From Rebecca billardiae RCC1528 (taxonomy: Eukaryota > Protista > Haptophyta): a stretch of DNA of 64,000 nucleotides. Of the stretch, positions 9,488 through 20,800 are shown in pieces. A program made the translations under genes and the position numbers. The notes beneath the pieces were generated by a model. It searched no databases and was not told the DNA's origin. It saw only the letters and a program-made list of their open reading frames with translations. The DNA lies in NCBI GenBank assembly GCA_965240325.2, contig OZ251234.1, forward strand, positions 558,001 to 622,000, read 5' to 3'. Numbering within the stretch: position 1 is the stretch's first letter; each line of letters starts with the position of its first letter.

Positions 9488-11473
9488 TTACTCGATGCGC
9501 TGCCGCTTGGCAGCGCTCTCATCACGCTGCCCGGGCTGCGCGTGAGCGAGGTCCACCGCCACTGCCTGCATCAGCATGCACGCCTCGAGCGGGTCCTCAC
9601 GCACGAACGCGCCCCAACGCGGCTGGCTCACGAACGCGTCCAAGTTGGCCTTCACCACGGCGCGCGCTGCCTCGCCGATCCGACTGCCGGCTCCCGCCGC
9701 GCGCGCGTGCCGCAGGATGTCCAGGCAATTGTCCGCGTCCAGCACGCCCAGCACTGCCTCCTCGCACCGGCCCACCACGAGGCCCACCAGGTCGCCACCA
9801 GCAGACGCCGAGATCGCCTCGGCAGCGTCCGACCCAGACGACTGGGCGCCGCGCTCGGTCCCCGATGCACCCTCGCCGGGCGGCTGCAGCTTGCACGCCA
9901 GCCGAAGCAGCTCGAGCACCACACTCGGCTCGGCGGGTAGCTCGGCGCGACCGCCCGCGTGCAACTGGCGCAGCAGCGCCTCGTGCGCCGCCGAGCTGAA
10001 GTCCGGGTCGGCGTCCACCTCGCGCCGGCTGCCCTCGGCCAGACCGCCGCCCAGCTGCCGCGCAAAGTAGCTCGAGCCGTGCACCAGCAGCGCGCGGCTG
10101 CCGCCCAGCTGCGTGCCGTCGGCGCAGCGGAACACGACGTCATGCCGCGTGGCAGACGGCTCGCTCACCACGGCCGACTGCGACAGCAGCTGCTCGTGCG
10201 ACGCGCGCAGCTCATCGACCTCCTGCGCCAGCCGGGCGCACTGTGCGCCCGCCGAGAGCAGCGTGAGCTTTCGACACGCGTCGTCAGCCACGAGCATTTC
10301 AGCGGCCTTGATGCCTGCGTCCCCGCTGTCCAGGCCGGCGTCGTGGTGCGCAAGACGCAGCAGCGCACCCACTGCCTGCTCGCTGCTCGCCACTGCCGCG
10401 CGGCCGGCGGCAGAGTCGGTGAGGACATGGATCGCTTGCAGCGCCGTTGCACGAGTGCAATCGTCGGGAGAGCGTGCAGCTGAAGCGAGCAGAGGGATGG
10501 CGCCAGCCTTGATGAGTGGTGCGCAGAGCGAGCCGGACTTGGCGAGGCTGTCGAGAGCGAATGCTACGCTATCCAGAGTCTTCTCATCTGTGCTGGACGC
10601 GAGCAGCGCGACGAGCGGTGAGATCGCGCCAGCGTCAGCGATCGGTGCACGCATCGAGTCCTCGCTCGCGAGGTTGCCGAGAGCAACCGCTGCGTGACCC
10701 AGAGTCTCCGCATCCGTGCTGGACGTGAGCAGCGCGACGAGCGGTGAGATCGCGCCAGCGTCGGCGATCGGTGCGCCGAGCAAGTCATCGCAGGAGAGGT
10801 TGCCGAGAGCAAGTGCTGCGTTATCCAGAGTCTGCTCATCCGTGCTGGACGTGAGCAGCGCGACGAGCGGTGAGATCGCGCCAGCGTCGGCGATCGGTGC
10901 GCGCTTTGAGTGCTGGCTCGCGAGGTTGCCGAGAGCAAGCGCTGCGTGACCCAGAGTCTCCGCATCCGTGCTGGACGTGAGCAGCGCGACGAGCGGTGAG
11001 ATCGCGCCAGCGTCAGCGATCGGTGCGCGGAGCGAGGCAGTGGTAGAGAGGTTGCCGAGAGCACGGGCAGCGCCACCCAGGGTGTTGACATCTGTGCCAG
11101 GCTTCAGCAGCGCGACGAGCGGTGAGATCGCACCAGCGTCGGCGACCCGTGCGCAAATCGAGGGATCTCGGCCGGGCGCATGGCGCGCAATGCTCGCAAG
11201 AGCTGTCGCCGCAGCACCCCGATCGCTTGCTTCGCGCGATGCACCCAGCATGTGCACAAGGATTTCGATGGAGCCATCTTGCACGATCGTCTCGGGGTCC
11301 TCAATGTTGCTCGGTTTTAGGACGCAGAACGGCGTGAGTGCGGTCACGATGGCCTCGTGGTCACGCGGCGTCGTCTCGAGCGCGCGCACGAGGTCAGAAA
11401 GCGTGGTGGGGCCTATGACTGCCGAGGCGAGCGACTTAGCGCGAGCCGAGGCCTCCTCGAAGACAGACCCCAT
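9488..11473 (-). CDS. Armadillo-repeat + BTB/POZ(-BACK-like) protein
   Basis: 42-aa ARM repeats (IADAGAISPLVALL...AALALGNL), short coiled coil, BTB (HDVVFRCADGTQLGGSRALLVHGSSYF), BACK-like LDADNCLDIL, basic C-terminus (KRQR). ATG at 11473; intronless. Confidence 0.88.
   Translation of the reverse strand: MGSVFEEASARAKSLASAVIGPTTLSDLVRALETTPRDHEAIVTALTPFCVLKPSNIEDPETIVQDGSIEILVHMLGASREASDRGAAATALASIARHAPGRDPSICARVADAGAISPLVALLKPGTDVNTLGGAARALGNLSTTASLRAPIADAGAISPLVALLTSSTDAETLGHAALALGNLASQHSKRAPIADAGAISPLVALLTSSTDEQTLDNAALALGNLSCDDLLGAPIADAGAISPLVALLTSSTDAETLGHAAVALGNLASEDSMRAPIADAGAISPLVALLASSTDEKTLDSVAFALDSLAKSGSLCAPLIKAGAIPLLASAARSPDDCTRATALQAIHVLTDSAAGRAAVASSEQAVGALLRLAHHDAGLDSGDAGIKAAEMLVADDACRKLTLLSAGAQCARLAQEVDELRASHEQLLSQSAVVSEPSATRHDVVFRCADGTQLGGSRALLVHGSSYFARQLGGGLAEGSRREVDADPDFSSAAHEALLRQLHAGGRAELPAEPSVVLELLRLACKLQPPGEGASGTERGAQSSGSDAAEAISASAGGDLVGLVVGRCEEAVLGVLDADNCLDILRHARAAGAGSRIGEAARAVVKANLDAFVSQPRWGAFVREDPLEACMLMQAVAVDLAHAQPGQRDESAAKRQRIE
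10514..11143 (-). repeat. Five tandem 126-bp coding repeats (ARM units)
   Basis: Core gcagcgcgacgagcggtgagatcgc recurs with exact 126-bp period; unit starts on the minus strand at 11143, 11017, 10891, 10765 and 10639. Confidence 0.95.
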
Positions 11474-12924
11474 GTTTTGCTCCCGCCCTTCTGGTGCGCC
11501 GTGACCGGCGTGACCAACCGTCGTCCTCGCGCCGCCCAGCACTGAGGGCCGACTTCACTTCGGGCGGCCAGCCGCATGGAGGCTTGCCTCCTGCCGCCGC
11601 ATTGGCCGGGCAAGGTCGCCCAGCGCACCGGCGGAGCGTGCACCGTAAGCGGCACAGAGGGAGAGGGCCGGCTCCAAAAGGAGCGTCTTGCTGAGGTGCC
11701 CCTGAGCGCGGAACTTGCCGCGCCGGCTCGTCGGGAGCTCTCCACCGCAGCCGTGCGTCCGCGCAAGCTGTCCGCTCGCAGTTTTGAATGTGAACTGCTG
11801 GCAGTTGACGCAACCTGCGCATCTGGCACTCGGAGCCAGTGGCCAGTGGAGGTCGTCTGCTACCGGCTGCCAGGAGGAGGCGGCGAGTACAGTACTGTGT
11901 GCTCACGCAGCTGAGGAAGAGCAATGTGCTGTGCTGTGCGTCGCACTCGCAGGCCGGCCCGCCTCTGCCTCACCGCGTCCGTCGCGCCTGCAGAGACAAT
12001 AAAGAGACAAGAGTATGCCGTGACACCGTACTGCAGCATGGCACATATCGACAGTAAGCCGCAGCGCCGCGCGAGGCGCGGAGCAAGCCACACTCAAGCG
12101 TTGCTGACTAGAATCAGGAATCATCAGCGACTCCGAAAGCACGTAATGCACGGCTAATCAGGTGGCTGGCGACACAGTCATGGCAATGAGCGATCGCTAG
12201 CTGCGCAACGTCCTGGCTGTCATCGTAGCTAGTCTTACTAGTGCTAGGTGCACCGACCTGGCGCCGCGTCGCCGGGCGTGATGCGCGCGCGTGCTACGAG
12301 TGTACGATGGTGCCGTCGGTGCTCACAAGCGTGACTAGTTACTGTATCAGATTACTACCGCGTGCAAATGCTTTATACAATCTACACGGCCTGACCGTGC
12401 GACACCCACGAGGCACGACACTGCGCCGCAGGCGCCGCAGGCCCGCAGTAGTCTCACAGGTCATGCCGTACACTTAAAGAGCGTAGTAGCTACTACTTGC
12501 TTATTATGGCAACTGATGGTGTTGAACTGACTGTGGGCAAAATGCCGATATCTACTATCTAGTCGCAACAAGTGAACAATACGGTATACGAGTCCGCCGA
12601 CAGTACCACGGCGAGAAGTCATCCCGGCGGCGGTCAGCTCGTCTCATCACTCATTCGACTCATATCATTGATCATAATCTGCTCCGGATTGTCAGGGCCC
12701 CCTGCCCCCGCGGATCCGGACCCGCCGGTCACGGACACGAACCCGGCTATGCTGCTATAAGAGTATTGACGATTGAGTCAACTCCGCCGGGCGGATGATA
12801 AAGCCCGTATAAGCTGCATGCGCTGCAAACTAGTCTGTGAGCAACTGCGCACCGGCGGCGGTCTCTTAGCAGTGTAGTCGCCTAGCTAATCGTCCGGCAG
12901 CAGAATGATGCTCTCTGCTCACAC

Positions 12925-12976
12925 TCGTCTCTCGTCTCTCTCTCTCTCTCTCTCTCGTCTCGAGTTCTCTCTCTCT
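12925..12976 (+). repeat. (CT)n microsatellite
   Basis: Interrupted ctctct run visible in the sequence. Confidence 0.9.
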
Positions 12977-13347
12977 GATTGTATGCCGGGCACCGTACGT
13001 ACACCGCGCACGTAGTCAATCAAGACCAGCGCGGACTTGAACCGCCAACCGGGTGACGACTGCTGATCGGACGACGGCGTAGTCTGACCAGTGACGGGCT
13101 GACGGCCGCACCGCGGCCAGCCGCGCAGCGCAGTGCCGATCGCCGCCGACCGGACGATTCTCGCGGACAACAGTCAGTGACACGGTACCGCTGATATGTC
13201 GGTATACTACTCTGTAGCTTAATGATGACTATAGTTACTCTCAAGTCTCGATGTCTATCAGACCATCAGTACAGTAAAGTGCCTCCTGATTAATATATAG
13301 AATAAAATAATGCTCTGCTGATGATAATTGACAAATTTTAATTGATA

Positions 13348-13526
13348 CAAGGGCGTTCCCGGGATCCTGCCACACGCTCCAAACGGCATGCCCCCCCCTG
13401 GGGGGGGCATGGCTACCGGACTGGCGCGGGCCGTAATATCAAATGTACCCGCTTGAAATAGAGAAAGCCAATTTCAATAGGAACGCGGTTCGATTTGGCG
13501 TATGACCAGTGCGGGGAACGCCCCTG
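13348..13526. mobile_element. Putative MITE (~180 bp) with 13-bp TIRs
   Basis: caagggcgttccc (13348-13360) vs gggaacgcccctg (13514-13526), 12/13 complementary; internal perfect inverted repeat CATG-C8-T-G8-CATG at 13387-13411. No clear TSD. Confidence 0.5.
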
Positions 13527-13819
13527 TGGCCTGCCAGGCCTGCGCTGATGATTCCATGCATGACTCGGCGCCGACCGAGGCGACGTACCGCGTAATGCGG
13601 GGCCGCACCGCCGACAGCATGGTCCTCCATTCAGACCATTCATCATCACGGGTCCGTGATGATGAATGCCACACGATACGACGATTCGAAAAAATCGGAT
13701 TCCGGAGAAGTGACTGTCTCTGATCTCGAGCCCGCTGGTCAGCCTTGGCCTCCTAGTCATTGTTGGCAGCCGGCCTTGGCCCCGCTGCACGGGAAACGGG
13801 GGCTAGACCACGTGCAGGC

Positions 13820-14246
13820 TCAGGCCGTGCGAAGAACGAGATGCACGCCGCTATCCGTGTCGACGATGCCTGCGGACGAGCGGGGGGTAGTTAAGGGTAC
13901 GGCGTGAAGCTGCGTGCCGGTCGTCGCGGCTCGAGGCGGCGCGTGCGCGCGCACCGCTCATAGCGCCGACATCCAGACCGAACGCGGCGTCCTCGAACGG
14001 CTTCTGCATCTCACCCCGGCCGAACTGTCCCAGGTCACCGCCACGGCTGAAGGAGCTGCAGTCGCTGCGCTGCTGCGCCGCGTCTGCAAACGTGATCTGA
14101 CCCGACTGGATCTGCTCCTGCCACTTCGTGAGCTCCTCGATGGCGGCCTGCTTGCTCACGCTCGCCGTCGACTGGTTCGTGCGGCGCGACACCGGGTTGC
14201 GCGATCCCTCGTGCTTGATGAGCAGGTGGCTCGCGCGCACGGACAT
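13820..14246 (-). CDS. PIN1: Parvulin-type peptidyl-prolyl isomerase, Pin1-like without WW domain; exons 14246-13955 and 13869-13820
   Basis: VRASHLLIKHEGSRNP, SDCSS, GGDLGQFGRGEMQKPFEDAAF. Intron 13954-13870 restores the canonical ending GIVDTDSGVHLVLRTA*. Confidence 0.93.
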
Positions 14247-14891
14247 GGTGCTGAGGTCGGCGGCGGCAAGCGGGTGAGCGGCGAGGCGCTTCGCCGCAGT
14301 CCGGGAGCGTAGAGCTCATCGGCAAAGTCCGGGGCCCGCGATCGTTATTCGACTCATGTCAAAGATGGCCGCTATCTAAGCCGGGGCAAGCTCCAAGTGA
14401 GGCCGGCAGTTTGCTGGCTGGCATGGTGCGCGCACGCGCGTGGACGGCCCCCGCGCACGCTCCCTTGCTACGCACCACTCGCCTACCTGTCCTCGCGCGG
14501 CGCGCAGCCTGACCCGCCCGTCCCCCCGCCGTTGCGCGCGCGCGCGCGCGCCGAGCAGTCGGGCGCTCCGAGCGTCTCGCAGGCCGACAATGCGATGGCA
14601 CGAGGGTGCGCGCGGCGCGCGCTCTCCGTGCGTGCAGCGGCGCCGGGCGCTCACGCACCTTCCGCGCCCCTCCCACGATGCCGCGCCGTGCCGCGCAGCA
14701 ACGCGAGCTGGCCGTCCGGCGGCGGCGGCGGCGGCGGCGGCGGTGACGGCCTGCTGCCGTCGACGGCGCTGAGCGCGCGCCAGCGGCGGCAGCGCGGCTT
14801 CTACTCGGAGGCGCTGGACCCGAGCGTCGCCCGCCTGCGCGGCTCGTCCCTCACCGCGCGCGCGCGCGTGGGCGGCGGCGCCGCCTCGCCG

Positions 14892-17800
14892 ATGCGGCTG
14901 CCCAAACCGCGCGCCGCGCTGTTTGTGAACGACCCGTCCGCGCTCACGCCTCGCACGCTCGCGCGCGCGCACGGCGAGCGCGGCACGGCGCCGCTGCTGC
15001 GCACGGACGCGACGACGCGCCCGCGGTTCACCGGGTACGACAAGCCCGTGATCAGCTCGACCCTCGGCGCCGTGCCGCGCGCCTTCCGCCGCTCGAGCTC
15101 GGCGGCGCTGTGGGAGGGGACGACAGTGCACCCGCCTCCCAAGATGATTGGCGGCGAGACGGGCGCGCCGCTCTCGATCCTCGCCGAGCGCAAGCGGCGC
15201 GTGTACGCGGCGCAGGACGTGGTCGCGCTGCTGCGCGCGGAGGGCGTGACCGGCAGCACCCTCCGCGGCCACTTCGTCCCGCTCGACGCCTTCGACGACC
15301 TCGAGCTCGAGACGCGCACCGCGGCGGAGTGGATGGCGTTCGGGCGCGCGCTGCACACGCACGACAGGACGGCGGCGGCCGCGCCGGCGGCGGAGGCGGA
15401 CGCGCCGCTGAGCGGCCCGCCGGCGTTCATCACGCTCACCGACGCGCTCGGCGCCGAGCCGCACGCGCCGCGCCCGCCCTCGCCCCCGCCGATCGAGCGC
15501 GCGCTGCGCGCGCGCTGCCTGCCAGACGAGCGCGACGCGCGCGGCCGTTGGGTCGGCGAATTGCTCTACCACGAGGCGTGCGTGCTGGAATGGGTGGAGC
15601 CCGGCGGCTCGATCGTGGTGGGCGCGCCCTCGCAGCCCGCGCCGCCCGCGCCCGCCGGCGCCGGCGCCGGCGCCGACGCCGACTCCGAGGGCGAGGGCGA
15701 GGAGTCGGAGGACGAGGCGGCGCTGCTCGCGTCGTCGTCGCGCGGCGGCGAGCGCTCGGCGCGCGCCGCGTGGCTGCACGCGCAGCGCAACGGCACGCCG
15801 ATGCTGCGCGTGCGCTGGCGGCGCGCGCCGCCGCGCACGGGCACGGGCGGCGCGGAGGCGCTGCCCGCCGAGTGCTGGCTGCCCCGCGCGCACGTGCACC
15901 TGCGCGGCGAGGACCCGGCGCTTTACGTCGCGCGCTTTGCGAGCGCGCACCGCGCGCGCGCGCGCGCCGAGCGCGCGCTCGGCATGCAGCTGTTCGCCGA
16001 GCTGATGCCGACGGACGAGATGCCCGCGCTGCCGGCGTACTGGCGCCGCCGCGCCGCCGGCTTCGTCTCCGCCGAGCTCGGCGCGATGGCGCCCGAGCAC
16101 CTGCCCCACGCCGCGCGCGATCTCTTCGAGGAGGCGGCGGTCGATTTTGCGCGCGTGCAAAACGCGCTGCAGCTGCAGAGGCTGGCGACGACACGCGCCG
16201 TCGAGCTGCCGGGCTGGATGGCGCTGCCCGCCGAGGCGGCGCTGCCCGGCGACGCGGTGCTCGAGGTCGCGCCCGCGCTCGACCCGCTCGGCCGGCCGAT
16301 CCACCCGCCGCCCGGCTCCGACGGCGGCCCAGATCTCGATCTCGGCGCGGACTCGGGGCTGCGGCTGGTCACGGGCGCCGCGCTGCCGGACTCGGCGGCG
16401 GTGGTAGGCGGGGTGCTGCTGCCGCGCGGCGCGCTCGACTTTGTGCGCTCGCGCCCGCGGCACGCGGGGCCGGTGCCGCTGCCGCCGGGCTCGCAGGTCG
16501 TCGACCAGTGGCAGCACTTCCACTTCGCCACGCTCTGGTCCTCCGCCGACGCGATCCGCGCGCTCGCGGCGGCGCGCGCCGAGTGCACTCGCGTGGTCGG
16601 CTCGCACTCGCTCTTCGCCACGTCCGTCGAGGCGCCGGTGACGCTGGTGGAGTTCGCGGCGATGCAGACGTCGGTGCAGCAGTCGCTCACGACGTTCATG
16701 ATGGACGGCTGGGTCACCAACCTCGTCCGCGCCGTGCGCCCGCTGCGCCAGGTGCACAAGGGCTGGTTCCACGTAGCCGAGGCGCGCGCCGACACGTTTG
16801 AAGGCAGCAAGCTGGCACGGCTGTTACGGCTGATCCACCTGCTGATGGAATCGACGGTACTCGAGCTGCGGCGCGAGGGGTGCGAGGCGTTCGTGCGGTT
16901 CATCGAGCGGCACGCGTGCCCGATCGTGCGCGTGCTCTCGCCCAGCGCCGTCGAGAACGAGGCCCCGCCCGGCCGCGAGCTCGAGCGCTCGGCACTCCTC
17001 CTTGTGACCGTGCACATCGCCGACCACGGCGCGGCGCACGAGCGCGCGGACGCGCCGCCCGGCCCGCTCTTCCGCTTCGAGCCGTCGACCTCCGAGCTGA
17101 AGGGCGCGCTGTACGACATCTTCGAGCGCGCGCGGCACATGCTCAAGGTGCGACGCGCGCCGCCCCCGTGCCCAGTGCCGCTGCCGCCCACGCCACCGCC
17201 CTCTCCGCGCGCCGAAAGCGCCGCGCCGCGCCGCGCCGCGCCGCGCCGCGCGCCAAGATCGCGCGCGCGCGCTCGGAGAGGGAGGGCGGTCGGAGCGGGG
17301 GCGCGGCGCGCGCTCACGCACGCGCCGCCCGCGCGCCGCCCCCGCGCCACGCCGGCCCGTCGGCGCGCCGCGCAGGCGCTCCCCGCGCTCGCGCCGCACA
17401 TCGTCTCGCACCTCCCCACCCACCTCGTCGGTGGCTCATCACTGCCCGAACCCCCTGTCGACGACCGCTCGGTCGAGGGCGCGGAGGTGACGATTCATGC
17501 GCTGCTCGAGCGCGCGCTCGGCGCGCTCACGCGGTACGCGGCGTCGCTGGAGGCGTTCTGCGAGGAGGACGTGGCCGTGGCGGCGGCGGTGCACGCGCCG
17601 ACCACCGAGCCGGACGAGCTCACGCCCGAGGAGCAGGCCGCTCTGGAGGAAGACGAGCGGAGGGGCGGCGGCGGCGACGGCGCGGCGGCGGGCGCGATCG
17701 CGGCGGGCACGATCGCGACGGGCGAGCGCCGCACGAGCGGGCGCAACAGCGCCACCGTCGGCGGCCTGGCGACGGCGCGGCTCGCGGCGGCGCACCTGCG

Positions 17801-20800
17801 CCGCGCGTCGCTGCTGCGGCTCGACCCGTTCGCCCTCGCCGCGAAGGCCGCGCACCACCGCGAGCGCATCGCCGCGCTCGCCGACGGCGTTCCCGACGAC
17901 GTTCGCGTCGGTCTGTTCTCTGTCACGCTCGCCGACGCGCGCGAGCGGCTGCGCGCCGTGCACGACCAGCTGGCGCACAAGGCGCTGGCGCAGATCGGCG
18001 CGCACGCGGCGGAGATCGCGGCGGAGGCGTGCGCCGCGTGCGAGGCCCTCGACGCGCGGCTGCGCCGCCCCGTCCCCAACATCGAGTCCCTGCGCGCGCT
18101 CGAGCGAGAGGTCGAGGCCGCCTCGGCAGAAGTCGTCGAGCACGAGGCGCGCGCGCACGCGCTGCGCGAGGTGGTGGGGCTGCTCGAGGGGTTCTCGGCG
18201 GCGCTGCTGCCGGCGCAGGAGGCGCTGTACTACCAGGCGACGCGGTGGCCGCAGCGCATCGCCGAGCTCATCGCGCACACCCGGCGCGACTTCCACGAGA
18301 ACGAGGAGCGCTTTCTCGCGCAGCTCGTGGCGCAGCAGGACGCGCTGCGCGTCGAGGTGGAGGAGCTGCGCCGGCTGGCGCACGAGCTGATGGCGCAGCC
18401 GTTCGCGCTGGCGGACGCGTCGAAGGCGGCGGCGGGCGTGCAGCGCGTGCTCTCGCTCATCGACTCGTGCGAGCGCCGCGCGCAGCTCTTCGGCTCGCGC
18501 GGCGAGCTGCTCGGGCGCGAGATTGCCGATCTCCCGATGATCACGCTCGTCAAGGAGCAGTTCGAGCCTTTTTCGGTTCTCTGGTCGACGGCGAGCAAGT
18601 GGCTGGAGACGGAGCACGGGCTGGTGCGCGCGACGCTCGGCGATATCGACGCGCCCGAGATCGAGCACCTCGTCACCGAGTCCTCCGCCGACATCATCGC
18701 CGTCAAGGAGCACTACCTCGCGGCGCAGCGCGTCGCGGCGCTCGCGCGGATGGGCGGCGGCCGCGCGGTCATGTCGCGCCGCTCGACGGAGGAGGCGGAG
18801 GGCGAGAGCGAGGGCGGGGAGGAGGGCGAGCCGGCGGAGGTGCACCTCACCGCGCGCGACACGCCGCAGCTCCGCGTCGTCTCCGAGCTGCTCCAGCGCA
18901 TCGGCCGCTTCCGCCCGCTCACCGGTCTGCTCCTGCACCTGTGTGGCCCGGCGATGCGCGAGCACCACTGGGCCGCGCTCTCGGACCGGCTGGGCTATCC
19001 GGTGGACGCGGAGACGACGCTGGGCGAGCTGCTGCAGCGCGACGTGCTGGGGCACGAGGCGGCGGTGCTCGGCGTGTGCGACGAGGCCGCGCGCGAGTAC
19101 GCCGTCGAGCAGCTCGTCGAGCGCCTCGAGCACGAGCACATGGGTGCCATCCCGGCGCGCTTCACGCACTTTGGGCAGACGCTCGCGCTGGTCGTCGAGA
19201 ACGCCGACGAGGTGGAGGAGCTGCTCGAGGAGCAGGCGACGCAGCTCGTCGCGGTGCAGTTCGCGCCCGAGCGCGCGCGCTTCGCCGAGCGCCTCGACGC
19301 CGCCGCCATCGCGCTCGAGCACGCGCGCGCCTTCTTTGCCGCGCTGATGCGATGGCAGCGGCAGTGGGTGTTCCTGCAGCCGATTCTGAGCGCCGACGAC
19401 ATCGCGCTGCAGCTGCCCAACGAGGTGACGTCGTTCAAGGCGGTGGACGCGACGTTCCGCAAGCTGATGCGCCAGTTCAGCGACGCGCCCCCCGTCGTCC
19501 CCTTCTCCCGCCGGCCCAAGCTGCTCGACTCGATCCACGAGGCCGTGGAGACGCTCGACTCGGTGACGCGCGGCCTGGCGCGCTACCTTGAGGAGAAGCG
19601 CTCCGCGTTCGGCCGCTTCCACTTCCTCTCGAACGACGAGGTGCTGACGATCGTCTCGAACGCGCGGCAGCCGCAGAAGCTGCAGCGGTACATGCACAAG
19701 CTCTTCGCGCCCGTCGAGACCGCCGTCTTCAAGCTGCCGCTCGACGCGCGCACGCTGTACGCCGCGACGGGCGAGACGCGCGGTTCGCGCAAGTCCTCGC
19801 TCGGCGGCGCCGGCCTCGCCGGCCTGCCGCGCGCGGCCGGCGGCCGGCGGTCGGACGCGTACCTGCGCCCGCCGAGCACGGCCGGGAGCCACGCCGACGG
19901 CGCGCCGCCGCCCGCCGTCGGCGACTCGCGCCGCGCCTCCGCCCACCTCACCGAGTCGCGCCGCGCGTCCGCGCGCGGCCACGCGGCGGCCGCGGCCGGG
20001 CTCGCGCTCGGCGGCGCGGGTGTCGGCCGGCCGTCGGTCGCGCCGTCGCACGCGCCCACCTCGCGGCCGTCGACGTCGTCCTCCGTCGCGGACGCGGACG
20101 CGGCGCGCACGATCGTCGCGTTCAAGTCGTTCGAGGGCGAGGTCCTCTCCTTCGACCCGTCCGCGCCCGTCGTCGCGAAGGGCCCGCTTGAGTACTGGAT
20201 GGGGGCGCTGGAGCGCGCGATGCTGCGCGCCGTGCACGTCGCGCTGCGCGACGCGATGGGTCAGTACGTCGGCGCGCCGACGAGCCGGGTGGGCTGGGCG
20301 CTGCGCGGCACGAAGGCGGCGATGGCGTCCGAGGGGCGGCAGGCCGTCGGCCAGGCGACGGTGCTCGTCGCGCAGGTGCAGTGGACGACACTCACGACGG
20401 ACGCGCTCGTCGCTGGCGGCGGGCCGGCGTGCCTGGCGCTGCGGCTGCGCATCCAAGCGTGCCTGCTCGCGGGCTCGTCGCGGCTGCGCGAGCCGCTGCA
20501 GCGGCGCGAGCGCGTGCTGCTCTCGGCGCTGCTCACCGCCGACGTGCACGCGCGCGACATCGTCGCGCGCCTCTCCGACGAGAAGGCCGCGGGCCCGGAC
20601 GACTTTGCGTGGCAGCGCACGCTCCGGTACTATGCGGGCCCGGCGCCCGAGGAGGAGGCGCGGCTGTACTCGGACGAGTCGGACCCGATGGCGCGCTCGC
20701 GCGTGCGGCGCGGCGCGAGCAAGCCGGCGGGCGAGATGCGCGCGCCGCGCAAGCGCACCACCGCGCTCACGCAGGCGCTCGCGCAGGCCGTCGCGCGCGA

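Noticed and set aside
10514-11143. Repeat array as CRISPR or TALE
   Set aside because: In-frame 42-aa ARM units inside a eukaryotic gene; no unique spacers, cas genes or 34-aa TALE consensus.
11576-11914. 112-aa ORF upstream of ARM-BTB
   Set aside because: No domain or convincing codon bias; probably UTR or promoter sequence.
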